DNA from: Ginglymostoma cirratum
Lineage: Eukaryota
Direction: 5' to 3'
Assembly: GCA_024137785.1 (NCBI GenBank)
Contig: JAHRHZ010000027.1
Coordinates: forward strand, 40,929 to 104,928
Length of the DNA: 64,000 nt
The notes beneath the pieces were generated by a model, which saw only the letters and a program-made list of their open reading frames with translations, was not told the origin of the DNA and made no database searches. The stretch's first letter is position 1, and each line of letters starts with the position of its first letter. Made by a program: the position numbers and the translations under genes. This document shows, piece by piece, positions 8,706 through 21,137 of the stretch.

Positions 8706-11700
8706 GGGTGCCCAGAGAACCCAGATGGGAAGGGACAATACCCCATGATAACAAGGGAGGCCGAGCAGGAACCTATTATACAGGTTAGTTTAGAGGGACG
8801 GTTGACGCCACTAATGATAGACACTGGGGCAACTTACACTTGTGTGCAACCGCAAAATGCCTCCCACCTTCCCATGTCAGGAAAATTTGTTAAAACAATA
8901 GGGTTCTCGGGTAAATCACAGTTAACACGATTTACAGCTCCAGTGAGTTTAAAAATGAAAGGCAGAGAAATATTCTTGCCTATATTAGTGTCTAAAGGAA
9001 CACCAATTAATTTGCTAGGTCGAGATGCTTTACTGAAGTTAGAACTGAGATTAGAATGCACTGAGCAGGAGGTAAGTGTAGAGCAAGCCAGTACTCAGCT
9101 AGTAATGCAGAAAGTAGAAAATGCTAATGTATATTGGATAGGAGACGTTGAGTGCTATATCTGGAACATTTGGGGAAAATGGAAAATAGCAGTGTTAACA
9201 TTAATACCCAAAGCTAAACCACCCAAGTCTGAACTGCATTGTACAGTAATATTTGATGAAACCCAGGATGAAACATTAGAAAGATGCTGGCATGATGCAG
9301 TTGTCACCCAGCAGCATTTGACAAGCAAAGCCATAATAGTAGGACAGCAGGGAGCGGCGTTGCAAATAAGGAAAAATGAATTCCTGGAAAAATGGTACAG
9401 TGTACCAGGAGCCGCACCTCATGTGACATTGTTGGTAAATGAGGGATATCAATCCAAAGATTTAGGCCCCATGATAAAGAAAGCAGAAACAATCAGTGAT
9501 TGGCGAATAACAGAGTCAGGGGTCTGGAAGTCCAGAAGTAATGATTATGTTAAAATTGCAGTATGCATAAACATGATGGGAAATCCAAAAGAGGTCGAAG
9601 TGACTCCCCAACGGTGTATGCCAGTCATAGCTAAAGAAAATGAGCAACAAAGAGATGGACGATTGGATACATTGCCAGTTATGTTATGGTCCCAGCATGA
9701 TACAGATGTGGGGAAAGTGAAGTCAGCAAGTCCGGTAGAAATAAGGTTAAAGAAAGGGGCTATTCCACCTAGAAGGCCACAATATCCCTTAAAACCAGAA
9801 GCGGAGGAAGGTATAGCGGCAACAATACAGGGACTATTGGAAGCAGGAGTACTTAGGGAAACAAGTAGTCCTTGCAACACTTCATTGCTGCCAGTCTTAA
9901 AGGCAGATGGATCAAAATGGAGGCTTGTGCATGATTTAAGAGCGGTAAATGAAGTGGTGGAGGATTGGCCAGCAGTGGTTCCAAATTCTCATATATTGCT
10001 AACCAATGTGCCCCCCCAGGCAGCCTGGTTCTCAGTTGTTGATCTGTGCTCTGCTTTCTTCAGTATTCCGCTGGCACAATATTGCCAGTATTTATTTGCC
10101 TTTACATATAGGGGCCGGCAATATACTTATACTAGAATGCCGCAGGGATTTAAGCATTCACCACATGTTTTCAATCAAGTCCTGAAGGCAGATTTAGAGG
10201 GCATGATGTTGAAAAGTACGATAATTCAATATGTTGATGATCTTCTGGTCTGCTCAGGAAGCCAAGAGCAGTGTGAGCAGGACACTCTTTTCCTCCTAGA
10301 AAAGCTAGCAAGTGGAGGGCATAAGGTCTCCAGAAAGAAGTTACAGTTTTGTAAGCAGCAGGTTGAATATTTGGGTAGATTGATCTCCCAAGGGATCAAG
10401 ATGATTGCCCCAAATCAGATAGAGGCAATCACAAGAGCCCCCAGACCTAAGACGGTGGGACAGATGATGACCTTCTTAGGGATGGCAGGATTTAGTTCAG
10501 ACTGGATAGGGGAATACGCTGAAATTACAGCACCCCTGAGGAGAATAATGAAGGAAGCTGGACACTCACACCTGAAAAATGAGTTAATATGGAATGAGGA
10601 GGCTGCAACAGCCTTTAACACTCTTAAGCAGGCACTACAGTCGGCCCCAGCATTAGCTTTGCCTGACTATGAGAGACCATTTCATCTTTATGTATCCAAC
10701 AGACAGGGAGGATACGCAGCTGCAGTACTCACACAAGAAGCAGGTGTAGGAAGGCCTAAGCAGCCTATTGCATATTATAGTATCCGACTGGATGAAGTAG
10801 TGCAGGGTTATCCACCATGCTATCAGGGATTAGCAGCAGCGCATTTTGCTTATGAGAAAGCGTCCTCGGTGACAATGGGCTACCCTGTTGTTCTACATAC
10901 ACACCATTGAGTAGTAGAGTTGCTCGAGAAAGGACAGTTTGTATTGACACCTGCTAGAATACTAGCATACAGAATGTTATTGACATTCCCAGACATTACT
11001 ATACAGAGATGCAGCACAAGGAATATAGCAGACTATGTCCCATTAGAGCACGACGGGGAGCCACATGACTGTGTCAGGGAAGTAACCACGTTTGCTAAAT
11101 TAAGGGCTGATTTACAGTCTGACCCATTGTCTGACAAAGACAAAAAGATTTTATTTGTAGATGGTTCATGCTATAGGGACTATGACGGGAATCATGCAGG
11201 ATTCTCTGTTGTTATGTATGAACACTCCCAGTTTAAAACCATCAAACTGGAAACTTGCCCGCAATCTTGTTCAGCACAACTGGCTGAAATTAAGGCACTG
11301 ACAGCAGCTTGTGAGTTGATGGAAGGTAAGAAAGCAGACATATACACTGACTCTGCCTATGCTCATGGGGTATGCCACCTATTTGGGGCAGTATGGAAAC
11401 AAAGAGGCTTTAGGAAAAGTAACGGAGATCCCATACAGCACTGTCAGCAGATCGTGGAACTGACAACTGCCATGATGAAACCAAAGGCCCTAGCTGTTAT
11501 TAAATGCCAGGCACATAGGGAAGGGAGTGACATGGTCATAAAAGGCAACCAGGCCGCAGATGAAGCAGCAAGGATGGCCTCTGGCTGCACTTCAGCTGTT
11601 ATTGCACCCCAGGTAAGCTCAGACCCAGAGCCCACCATAGCTGACGTTATTGAAATTCAGAATAAGGCCACCCTACCAGAACAAACATTGTGGAAACAAA

Positions 11701-13071
11701 CGGGGGCCAGGCAGAACCCAGAAGGTGTGTGGAGCACGGAAGAGGGCTTATGGGTTGCACCCACCCCTTTGCTGACAATCCTTATTTCGGAAGCACATGG
11801 GTTAGGTCATTGTGCTAGAGGAGAAATAATGAGGAAGATAAAGAAGGATGGTTTTTGGTCACCCTATTTACAAGCTTCATTGGATTATATGCTGTCGCAA
11901 TGCGAGGTGTGTGCACAAAACAACATTAGAAAGGGAATTACAACCCCAATAGGACACATACCAGTACCTGAAGGACCTTTCAAACATTTGGTAATTGACT
12001 ATGTGGACATGATAAAAACAGTAAGGGGGAAACGATATATGTCGGTAGTGATTGACAGGTTCAGTAGGTGGGTGGAGGCGACTCCATCAAAGGATACAGG
12101 GGCAGGGACAGTAGTGAAGTTTCTAACAAATGAACTTATTCCGCGGTTTGGCATACCTTCAGAGATCAGTTCAGACAATGGGTCCGCTTTCATCCAAAAA
12201 GTGGTCAAGCTGGTACTGCAGGCCTTAAGAATTAAACAAAGGTTTGGATGTGTCTATCATCCACAATCACAAGGTATGGTGGAAAGGATTAATGGAACCT
12301 TAAAAGCTAAACTGAATAAGCTTTGTGCAAGTACTAATCTGAATTGGGTAGATGCACTGCCGTTAGCACTGATGAGTTACCGCATGCAAACTAACCGCAT
12401 GACAAATCTAACTCCGCGTGAAATGCTTACTGGTAGGCCCATGCCGGTACCCAAGTGGAGGGGTCCCTACGAAGGCCCCAGCCTGGAGCAGTTGGAAAGA
12501 GAACTTAAGCAGGATATGCAGCAAATAACTATGGTACACAAGTCTATCTACACACAGGAAAAACAAAAAGAGCCGGTACCTGACAAAGAGGAGGGACCCA
12601 TCCGACCCGGAGATCAGGTATACGTGCGAGTTTTCCGAAGGAAGTGGAACGAGCCAAGACGGGAAGGACCCTTCACAGTGGTCAAGGCGTCACCCACTGC
12701 TATTCAAGTGGAGGGGAGACATACATGGTATCATCTTAATTATTGTACTAGAGCCATTTCACCAGCACAGCCTGACTCCGATGCTGAGGTGAGTACAGGG
12801 GAAGGGTCATCAGCCGCAGCCAGTCCAGACAGACAGGTAGCTGTTTCACCACGGGGGGGATTTTGACCAGTTGGTAAGTGAGATTTTTGGAGATACAGAT
12901 GACTCAGGGTCGGTCGATACGGGATCGGTGGCTGACAGTCCTTCTCCTAATGAACTGGCTGGAGATGGGGTGGGAGAGACAGTTGCCGCTCCCCCAGCCG
13001 GTGCTAGCCCTGCCTACTCATGCGCAGACTTACAAACCATTAATTTGGCAGACTTGGCAGAACTGGCCTGA
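8706..13071 (+). pseudogene. pol: pro-pol: protease, 2H-phosphoesterase-like domain, RT, RNase H, integrase (one premature stop, one C-terminal frameshift)
   Basis: Protease DTG (8820) and LLGRD. HCT (9237) and HVT (9420). RT DLR/MPQG/YVDD (10230). RNase H FVDGS, AEIKAL, YTDSAY, GNQAAD. IN HGLGH..CEVC, D-D-E (IDY/SDNG/MVER) and GPF. ORFs 8745-10910 and 10920-12866 are the same frame, split by TGA at 10908. The tail probably continues in ORF 12871-13071 after a G-run slip near 12855. Confidence 0.95.
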
Positions 13072-14536
13072 TAATGTTAGTTTTGCGAGGACTAAAAGGC
13101 ATAGAGAGACCAGAAGTGTAGAGCCCACTTTCCTAGCATGGGCACGGGCCCGTAACAATTATTGGTATCAATGGGCAAATTATACAGCAGCGATGTTGGC
13201 CAGACAGGATTGTTTCTTATGTGATAAGGCAAATCCATCGTATTTTGTTGTTCCTATGCCTTATAATTCGTCCACTTGCACCCAATGGCGGTTACACCAA
13301 CTTGCCCAATGGCGGCTGCAAAATCCGGGGAGACCATTTGACCCAACTAAATCATTATCATATGAATAGCCCCGGTGTCCGTTTTGGTGTCTGCTCCTTC
13401 AAGCTTCCTCGTTCTACCAACATGATGACACAGGGAGGCGACAACTCCAACAGTGGTGTGGACGCAACTCTCTCTGGTCTACTAGTGAGATTACCCACTC
13501 GTTTCCTATAGCTGATTTTAAAATACGTAAGGGCTTAAGTTTTGAATGTTTCAGATGCAATGGCTCTGCGCCAGTAGGCCACTTTGCGGGACTATGTGGA
13601 AACACCATTGACATTGACGTGTCTACGACTTTTGGCGCTATCCTGCACTCTCAGCAAATCCCGTTAGCAGATACATGGTGGCTATGTGGAAGTGAAGGAG
13701 GGTTACGACCGATACTTCCCTCTGGCTGGGATGGCCTCTGCACTCGAGTGATGCTCCTTCACGAAGTCGTGGTGTCACCCCAAGCCCGACTTGATGCTCT
13801 TTCACAGCTGATCTTACACCGCCCAAAACGGGAGTATGCCCCTGACCCAGCAGTGCGTATTGATAGCATAGGTCAGCCTCGGGGCATCCCCAATGAATTC
13901 AAGGCCCGAAATGAGATCGCTGCAGGGTTTGAATCTCTCCTCCTGCAGGTCGGCATTAGCAAAAATGCTGAATGGATCAACTATATCTATTACAATCAGC
14001 AACGATTTATTAATTACACCAATGATGCCCTCTCAGCCCTGGGGAAACAATTGGATGCAACTACAAAGATGACCTGGCAAAGCAGACAGGTCTTGGACTG
14101 GATGTTAGCTGAAAAAGGGGAAGTTTGTGTAATGTTTGGAGAACACTGTTGTACGTTTATACCCAACAAGACTAGCCCTGGAGGTTCGTTTACAAAAGCG
14201 ATGGATAAGTTGAGGAAACTAAGAGAGGAACTTAAGGACAATGCTGGTTTTGGCCATGAAGGTTTTGACTGGTTGGATAATGCGTTGGGGGCGTGGGGAG
14301 CTTGGTTTGCTAAGATTGGGATTATCATAGGGATTGTGTTGTTGGTTATTGCCTTTGCGTTTTGCTGTGCTTTACCTCTTATTAAGTCTCTTGTAGTGCG
14401 TCTTGCTGCAAGACAACTTTTGGTTGTTCCCACCATCTCGGAACACGTCTCCCCACCGGAAGATGCGCCGCCGCTTCACTATTATGTTCTGACATCTGAT
14501 ACAGTGCAGCAGCCTTGTCTGACCAACGGCATTTGA
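12899..14536 (+). pseudogene. env: env, gamma-type (ERV-Pb/PABLB-like), single in-frame stop at 13367-13369
   Basis: ORFs 12878-13369 and 13619-14536 are the same frame and the sequence between them is open. SU CxxC (CFLC), furin site RPKR, IDSIGQPRGIPNEFKARNEIAAGFES, immunosuppressive-domain-like QSRQVLDWMLAEKG, CX6CC (CVMFGEHCC), and a hydrophobic anchor. Confidence 0.93.
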
Positions 14537-14771
14537 CTCACTCCTGTGTGAGGCACGCGACTAGATTGTACGGGTCACTGGGTCTTTTTTCCTGTCCTAG
14601 TTATTAATGGACAGGTTTTTGGCTCAGGAACTCCAGGAATGGAGAGGGAACCCTTTAAAGCAATTGATCCCTAATTATTGGCTCTGCCCGCTTTTGGGTT
14701 AAATATTCTATTTCTTGAGTATGAGGGATCCCGCTTTATTGTCTTCTTTCTCTGTGAGACCATTAGGTCTC

Positions 14772-14782
14772 AAAGGGGGGAA
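14772..14782 (+). other. Polypurine tract
   Basis: AAAGGGGGGAA immediately before the 3' LTR TGTATGG. Confidence 0.9.
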
Positions 14783-15280
14783 TGTATGGAAAATAAAATG
14801 GTGCATACATAGTACATACGGAGGACGCAAAGTAGATGAGGTAATACATAGAAAGATAATACACAGAATATAGAGTGTAGAAAGGTAATTTATAAAATAG
14901 ATGGAGTGCCCTAGGAAAACATAATGGCAGAAGTTAATCATGAATGTAATAATCGAAAAAGCACAATATCTTAGGGTAGAAAACCACTGTGGCTAACAAG
15001 TGAAGCAGAAGATGAGCAGCCTTGAAGAGATAACAAAGGCTAACATAATTGGTCATACTGATAACTTTGGAAAAACATGATAACTGAGAAAAGCTAACAT
15101 AATTGGTCATACTGATAACTTTAGAAAAACATGATAATTGAGAAAAGGTATAAAGAAGAACAGGCCCTGAGGGGCGCGGGTGATCTGAAAACTGCTTTCT
15201 GATTGTCACAGCTTTTACTTGCAAATAAAAGTTTACGTTCTTGAAGGCTCCTCTACGTCTCCTGGTGATTCTCCACGACA
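14783..15280 (+). repeat. 3' LTR (498 bp, TG...CA)
   Basis: TGTATGG...CCACGACA followed by TSD GGAC. Confidence 0.96.
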
Positions 15281-15769
15281 GGACCAACACTCCATCGCTG
15301 TAGCCATTGGTGCTCAGCATCACTGAGGAAGTGAGAGTGGGACGTGGCTATTGACTTCACTCCAGGTTCCCCTTCCTCTCAGGGAGACAGGATGGTGTCA
15401 GGAGGCACCCATAGAGAGGAGGAGCCTCACAGAAGATCCCTCGATGTTTCCTCTCAGGCAGTGATGTCTGGTCTCTCCATCTCCTCTGTGCCTGTGATGT
15501 CAAGCCATTGCAGAAGTTCCATCCGGTGACACTAAGCCTGAATATGCCCCCCACCCCATTTCATCTGCATCTGGGACATCCTACTCTCTCCACCCAACAT
15601 TCTCCTTCATGGACTGTGTGATTCTCCATATTGCAGCTCGGGGATAGGTATAAACTGCTTTGATCTGAGGAAAATGGCAGCAGAGACCCCTACTGCATTT
15701 GTGTGTCAGAGAGTGGAAGATGACACACAGCTACTCAATTGCTCCTTGAATTGAGCCACTGGGAAGAAC

Positions 15770-18592
15770 ATTCAGGGCAACTGTTGTCCATGTCATTAAA
15801 CTCAGGGCGTGGATAGGTACGTGGGGCTGGATATTATAGCAATTACAGAAACATGACTAGGGGAGGGACAGGATTGACAGCTTAACTTGCCAGGATACAG
15901 GTGCTTTAGGCGGGAGAGAGGTGGAGGAAAGAGGGGAGGGGGAGTTGCATTTTTGAGTAAGGGCAGTGTCACAGCAGTAGTCAGAGATGGAATAACTGAG
16001 GGATCATCCAGTGAGGCTTTGTGGTGGAGCTAAGACAGGACGGTGACGTTATTGGGGTTGTACTGTAGGCCCCAAAATAGTTAACCGGAATTAGAGGAAC
16101 AAATATGCAGTGAGGTTGCGGTGAGTTGCAGGAGAAATAGCGTTGTCATCGTGAGGGGTTTTAATTTTCCTAACATAGACTGGGACCTCCATAGTTTTAA
16201 GGCTGAGATGGGGTGAAATTGTTAAATGTGTTCAGGAAAGTTTCCCCAAGGGTATATAGATGGTCCTATTTGGGAAGCAGCAAGACCCAACCTACTCTTG
16301 GGGAATTGGCCAGGACAGGTGACTGAGGTAACAGTGGGGGAGCACTTTGGGACCAGTGACCACAGTGTTATTAATTTTAAAGAAGTTATGGAGAAGGACA
16401 AAACTAGTCCACAGGTTCAAGTTCGAAAGTGGGGCAAGGCAAATTTGAGTGGAATTAAACAGGAGCTTGCAGGGGTTGATTAGAGCAGTTTGTTTGCAGG
16501 CAAAGAGACCTCTGGCAAGTGGGAGGCCTTTAAAACTGTGACAAGCTAGAGTTCAAGGTCTATATGTTCCTGTGAGGGCGAATGGAAGGTTGGCAGTAGT
16601 TGGGAAGCCTGAATGACAAGAGATATTGACCAGAAAGAAGAGGAGGCATGGCTCAGGAACAGGTAGCTGGGATCAAAGGAATCGTTGGAGCCAAATAGGG
16701 GATACAGGAGTTTACTGAAGAAGGGTGAAAAGGGGACATGAGATAGCTTTGGCTGAGAAGATCTGGGTGAATCCAAAGAGATTCTTTAAATATATTAAAG
16801 GAAAAAGAATAACTAGAAAGACAATAAGATCCCTCAAGGACCAATATGGACATGTATGTGTGGAACTGCAGGAGATGGGTCAGGTCCTCAATGAATATTT
16901 CTCCTCTGTGTTTACCGTGGAGAAAGACATGAAGACTTGGGGGAATTTGGGGAAGTTATTGGCGATATCTTGGGGACAGTCCATATCACAGTAGAGGAGG
17001 TGTTGGAAGTATTAGAATATATGAAGGTAGATAAATCTCCTAGTCCTGATCAGATATATCCAAGAACACTGCAAGAGGCTAGAGGAGAAATTGCACAGGC
17101 CCTGGCTGATATATTTGCATCATCGTTAGCCTCAGGTGAGATCCCGGAAGACTGGAGGGTAGCAAATGTTGTGCCTTAATTCAAGATGGGATGCAAAGAT
17201 ACATCTGGGAATTACAGACCAGTAAACTTAACATGTGTGGTCGGTAAGTTACTTGAGAAGATTCTGAGGGACAAGGCACACGTGCATTTAGAAAGACAGG
17301 GTTTGATTAGGAGTCGTCAGCATGGCTTCATACATGGGATATCATACCTCACAAACTTGTTACAGTTCTTTGATGAAGTAACCAGGAAGTTTGATGGGGG
17401 CAGGGAAATAGTCTATGTGGGTTTCAGCATGGCATTTGATAACGTTCCACATGGTAGGCTGCTCTGGAAGGTTAGATCCAGGGAGAGTTGGCAAATTGGA
17501 TGCACAATTGGCTTGATGACAGGAAGCAGAGAGGAATAGCAGAAGAATGCTTGTTGGACTGAAGGCCTGTGACTACCGGTATGCTTCAGGGTTCAATGCT
17601 GGGCCCATAGCTATTTGTTATCTAAATCAGTGATATTGGATGAGAATGTACAAGGCATGATTAATAAGTTTGTGGATGACACTAAAATGGGCAGTATCGT
17701 GGACAGTGAGGAAGGTTATCAGAAATTGCAGCAGGATCTTTAGCAGCTGGGGAAGTGGTCCAAGAAATGGCAAATAGAGTTTAATATAGATAAGGGTGAG
17801 GTGTTGCATTTTGGAAAATCAAATCAAGGTAGGAGTTTCATGCTGAATGATAGGGCCTTAAGGAACGTGGTGGAACAGAGTGACCTTAGAGTTCAAGTGC
17901 CGGGTCTCTGAAAGTGGACCTGTAGACAGGGCAGTGAAGAAGGCTTTGGGCACGCTGGCCATCATCAGTCAGACCATTGAATATAGAAGTTGGGAAGTTA
18001 TGTTGCTGTTGTGCAGGACATTGGTGAGGCTGCATATGGAGTATTGTGTTCAGTTTTGGTCACCTTGCTATAGGAAGGATGTTATTAAACTGGAAAGAGT
18101 GCCAATGAAATTTACAAGGATGTTGCCAGGACTCAAGGGACTGACATAGAGGGATAGGTTGGACAAGCTAGGACTTTTTTTTATAAAGGGTAGGAGTCTA
18201 AGGAGGGATCACACAGAATTGTATAAAATCATGAGAGGCGTGGATAGGGGGAATGCATTCAGTCTTTTTCTGAGTGTTGGGGAAATATGGACTGGAGGGC
18301 ATCAGTTTAAGGTAAGAGGGGAAAGAATATATGAGAACCTGAGAGGCAACTTTTGTACACAGAGGGTGATATACAGATGGAATGAGCTGCCAGCGGAAGT
18401 GGTTGAGGCGGGTACATTAACAACAGTTAAAAGGCATTTGGACGAATACATGGATAGGAAAGCTTGACAAGGATATGGGCCAAGTGCAGGGAAATGGGAT
18501 TAGTGTGGATGGATATTTTGGGCGGCATGGACCCATTTGGACTGAATGGCCTGTCTCTGTACTGTAGAACCCTAAGACTGTATGACTCTATG
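15770..18592 (+). mobile_element. CR1/HER1 LINE, degenerate ORF2 (APE endonuclease + RT) and 3' UTR
   Basis: Fragments GEHFGTSDH, KSPSPDQIYPR, GNYRPVNLT, QHGF, FWSPCYRKD with many stops and frameshifts. CR1 tail ctgtatgactctatg. Confidence 0.9.
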
Positions 18593-20235
18593 TCCATCAG
18601 AATGTCTGACGTCCTCATTCATATGTAATCTGCACAACCAAAGACATCGAGCTTTATTGTGGGTGGAGCATTCTGGCAGTAAGTCACTGTGATAGACACC
18701 CACCCCCCCGGCTCCCAAAGAAAAGGCTCCCTTGCACATTGCAGTCTATCTCTTCTCAGACCTACAAATCAGTGTGTGAATGTGGCAGCTGAGAATTGCT
18801 GTTTGACACTGATAGCTCTGCAGTGCTTTACAGAAATGCCAAACCCAAGTGGTATTTTAAAATGAGCCTGTCTGATCACATTCGCCTTGTTAACAAGACA
18901 CTGAATGTGAATAATGTTGTGGTCAATGATTGCTTGAGACCATAAGGTGTAATGTTTATTTCTGGACAATGAATGACCTGCCGTTGTAGTGAAATTGAAT
19001 GGCAGTGGTATGACTGAATCAGTGGATGCAGGGTGGATGCAATAGCCCCGACTGGGTTTCAAATTCATAGGATTTCACTGTCTCCCTCCACTCCTCCCAA
19101 AATATTAGATTTCACTGCCTCCCTCCCAAAAATATGAATAACTGACTCCACGTCCACTCTGCAAGTGGTGTCAGCCATTTTGTACAGTTATTGTGCAGTG
19201 ATTGGGTCAGAACTGTCAAGCTTATTTTCATGAATAAGACAGAAATTGCCAGAGAAACTCAGCAGGTCTGACAGCATCTATGGAGAGAAAGCAGAGTTAA
19301 TGTTTTGTGTCTGGTGACCCTTCCTCAGAGCTCTCCGTAGCTGGGAAAAGGTGGTCTACATGCCGCAGATACAGGGAGTGGGTTGTTTGTGTAAGTTACC
19401 GGCAGACTCTACCTGTGATCCAGAATGATCCTTCTTCGTCTCTTTTGTGTTGCTGTCCCTGTGGACCCAATGCTCTTCTACCATCTCACTGTTTCTGTTC
19501 ATTCACTTTCTGTAGCCATTATGTCACTAATTTACCATCAGAGCACAAGTATTTGAGAATTGCAGAGCCCTTATTGGCCCAGAACCTGCTCCACTTTGGA
19601 GCGCCAAAGTGATAGTGATCTAGGAAATTACACCCCCCACCTCCCCAACCTCCCTGTTGCTCTCTGGCACCTCCTATGTTCTGTAGAGCCCCAGAAAGAG
19701 TGACTTGATGCACTATTTCCTCTTTAGAGCTGATGAGATTCAGGTTTCTTTATTTATTAATGAATGTATGGGAGCTGTACATATCAGAAAATAGTGAACA
19801 GGTCACATTGTTAGGACAGTAACAAAGGTTTTTTTTTCTATTCTACAGGTAACAGTATTGTCAGAGTGACATTGACATGGTATGGTGCCATACAGTGAGA
19901 TACCCATCCCCTTTCCTGCTCAGTGCCTCCCACTGTGACAAGCTGCCAGCTTTGAACTCTGTGGTACAATGCAACGCAGCTCACAGAGTCTGGCAGGCTG
20001 CAGTTTACAATGACAGGACTCGGTGTTTAAAAGCAATGTAAAGCACTGAGGCTGGCAGCCTGCAAACAAGTGTCCCCGAGCTCCGAATTCAAGTGGTGTG
20101 AGAGCTGGAGCGAGAGCAGGTCTGATACTGCAGGGAAGGCTGATGGTTTGCTCATAATGACTTGAGTGGATAAAGAGTGGAGGAGGGTTGTCTCCAGGGA
20201 GCGTGAAGGGATGTTGTGGTGAAGACAGATGAAGC

Positions 20236-20542
20236 AGCACGGTGGCTCAGTGGTTAGCACTGCAGCCTCACAACGCAAGGGACCCGGGTTTGATTCCAGC
20301 CCCAGGTGACTGTCTGTGTGGAGTTTGCACATTCTCCCCGTGTCTGCATGGGTTTCCTCTGGGTGCTCCGGTTTCCTCCCACAGTCCAAAGATGTGCAGG
20401 CGAGGTGGATTGGCCATGCCAAATTGTCCATAGTGTTCAGGGGTGTATGGGTTATAGGGGGATGGGTCTAGGTGGGATGATCCAAGGGTTGGTGTGGACT
20501 TGTTGGGCCGATGGGCCTGTTTCCACACTGTAGGGAATCTAA
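20236..20542 (+). mobile_element. HE1-type SINE
   Basis: GCACGGTGGCTCAGTGGTTAGCACTGCAGCCTCAC...GGGTTTGATTCC head and GGCCTGTTTCCACACTGTAGGGA tail. Confidence 0.9.
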
Positions 20543-21137
20543 TGAAAGTCTTGGTGAGGTTTGGGGCAAGCAATCAGTGAGTAGTATCTGCCAGTTAGCT
20601 ACTGTGATTAACACTTTGGGGATTTGCACTGTTTACTTTCTGGGGCGTAGCAGAGAACAATTGGAACTGTTGAATAAATGGAGAGAGCTGGGCTAATAAT
20701 GAAACTTAAATGCATGGAAATGAGATGGCCACAACCCATTGGAGAGAATAATGAATGTTCAATTGAAATGTAAATTTACAGCCAATGACACTAATGCAGA
20801 GCATCTTCACTTTCCCAATTGGTCGAGCTGAGAACATCAGATTCAATGAGGAACTGGAAAGAAACATCAGAAACACTGAGACAGAGGATAACGCCTTATT
20901 TTTCATGTTAGTTTTGATTCGAATTAGGGAAATGGCAACAAGATGAGGATAACTTGTGATGAACTGGAGCTGTGTCTAGATCACACTCCTCCTTCCCCAT
21001 CGCCTATTGCACATGTTCCGGGAAACTAATACAGATCAATACCACTTGTACATGTCTAACATCATTTTATCACAGAGGGTTAATGTTTCTCTGCAGTTGT
21101 GCTGATGTGCAAGTGACAGCAGAAACAGGTTAAGATG

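Larger units (their letters stand above)
6342..15280 (+). mobile_element. Endogenous retrovirus provirus (ZFERV/epsilon-like class I ERV), LTR-gag-pro-pol-env-LTR
   Basis: Paired LTRs, 4-bp TSD GGAC (6338-6341 and 15281-15284), PBS, PPT, gag TAG in frame with pol, and PR/RT/RNaseH/IN and env motifs. Confidence 0.97.

Noticed and set aside
12899-14536. Domesticated (syncytin-like) env
   Set aside because: Contains an in-frame stop and sits in a young complete provirus; no evidence of selective retention.
14540-14770. Accessory ORF between env and the 3' LTR (as in walleye epsilonretroviruses)
   Set aside because: Only ~230 bp with no substantial plus-strand ORF.
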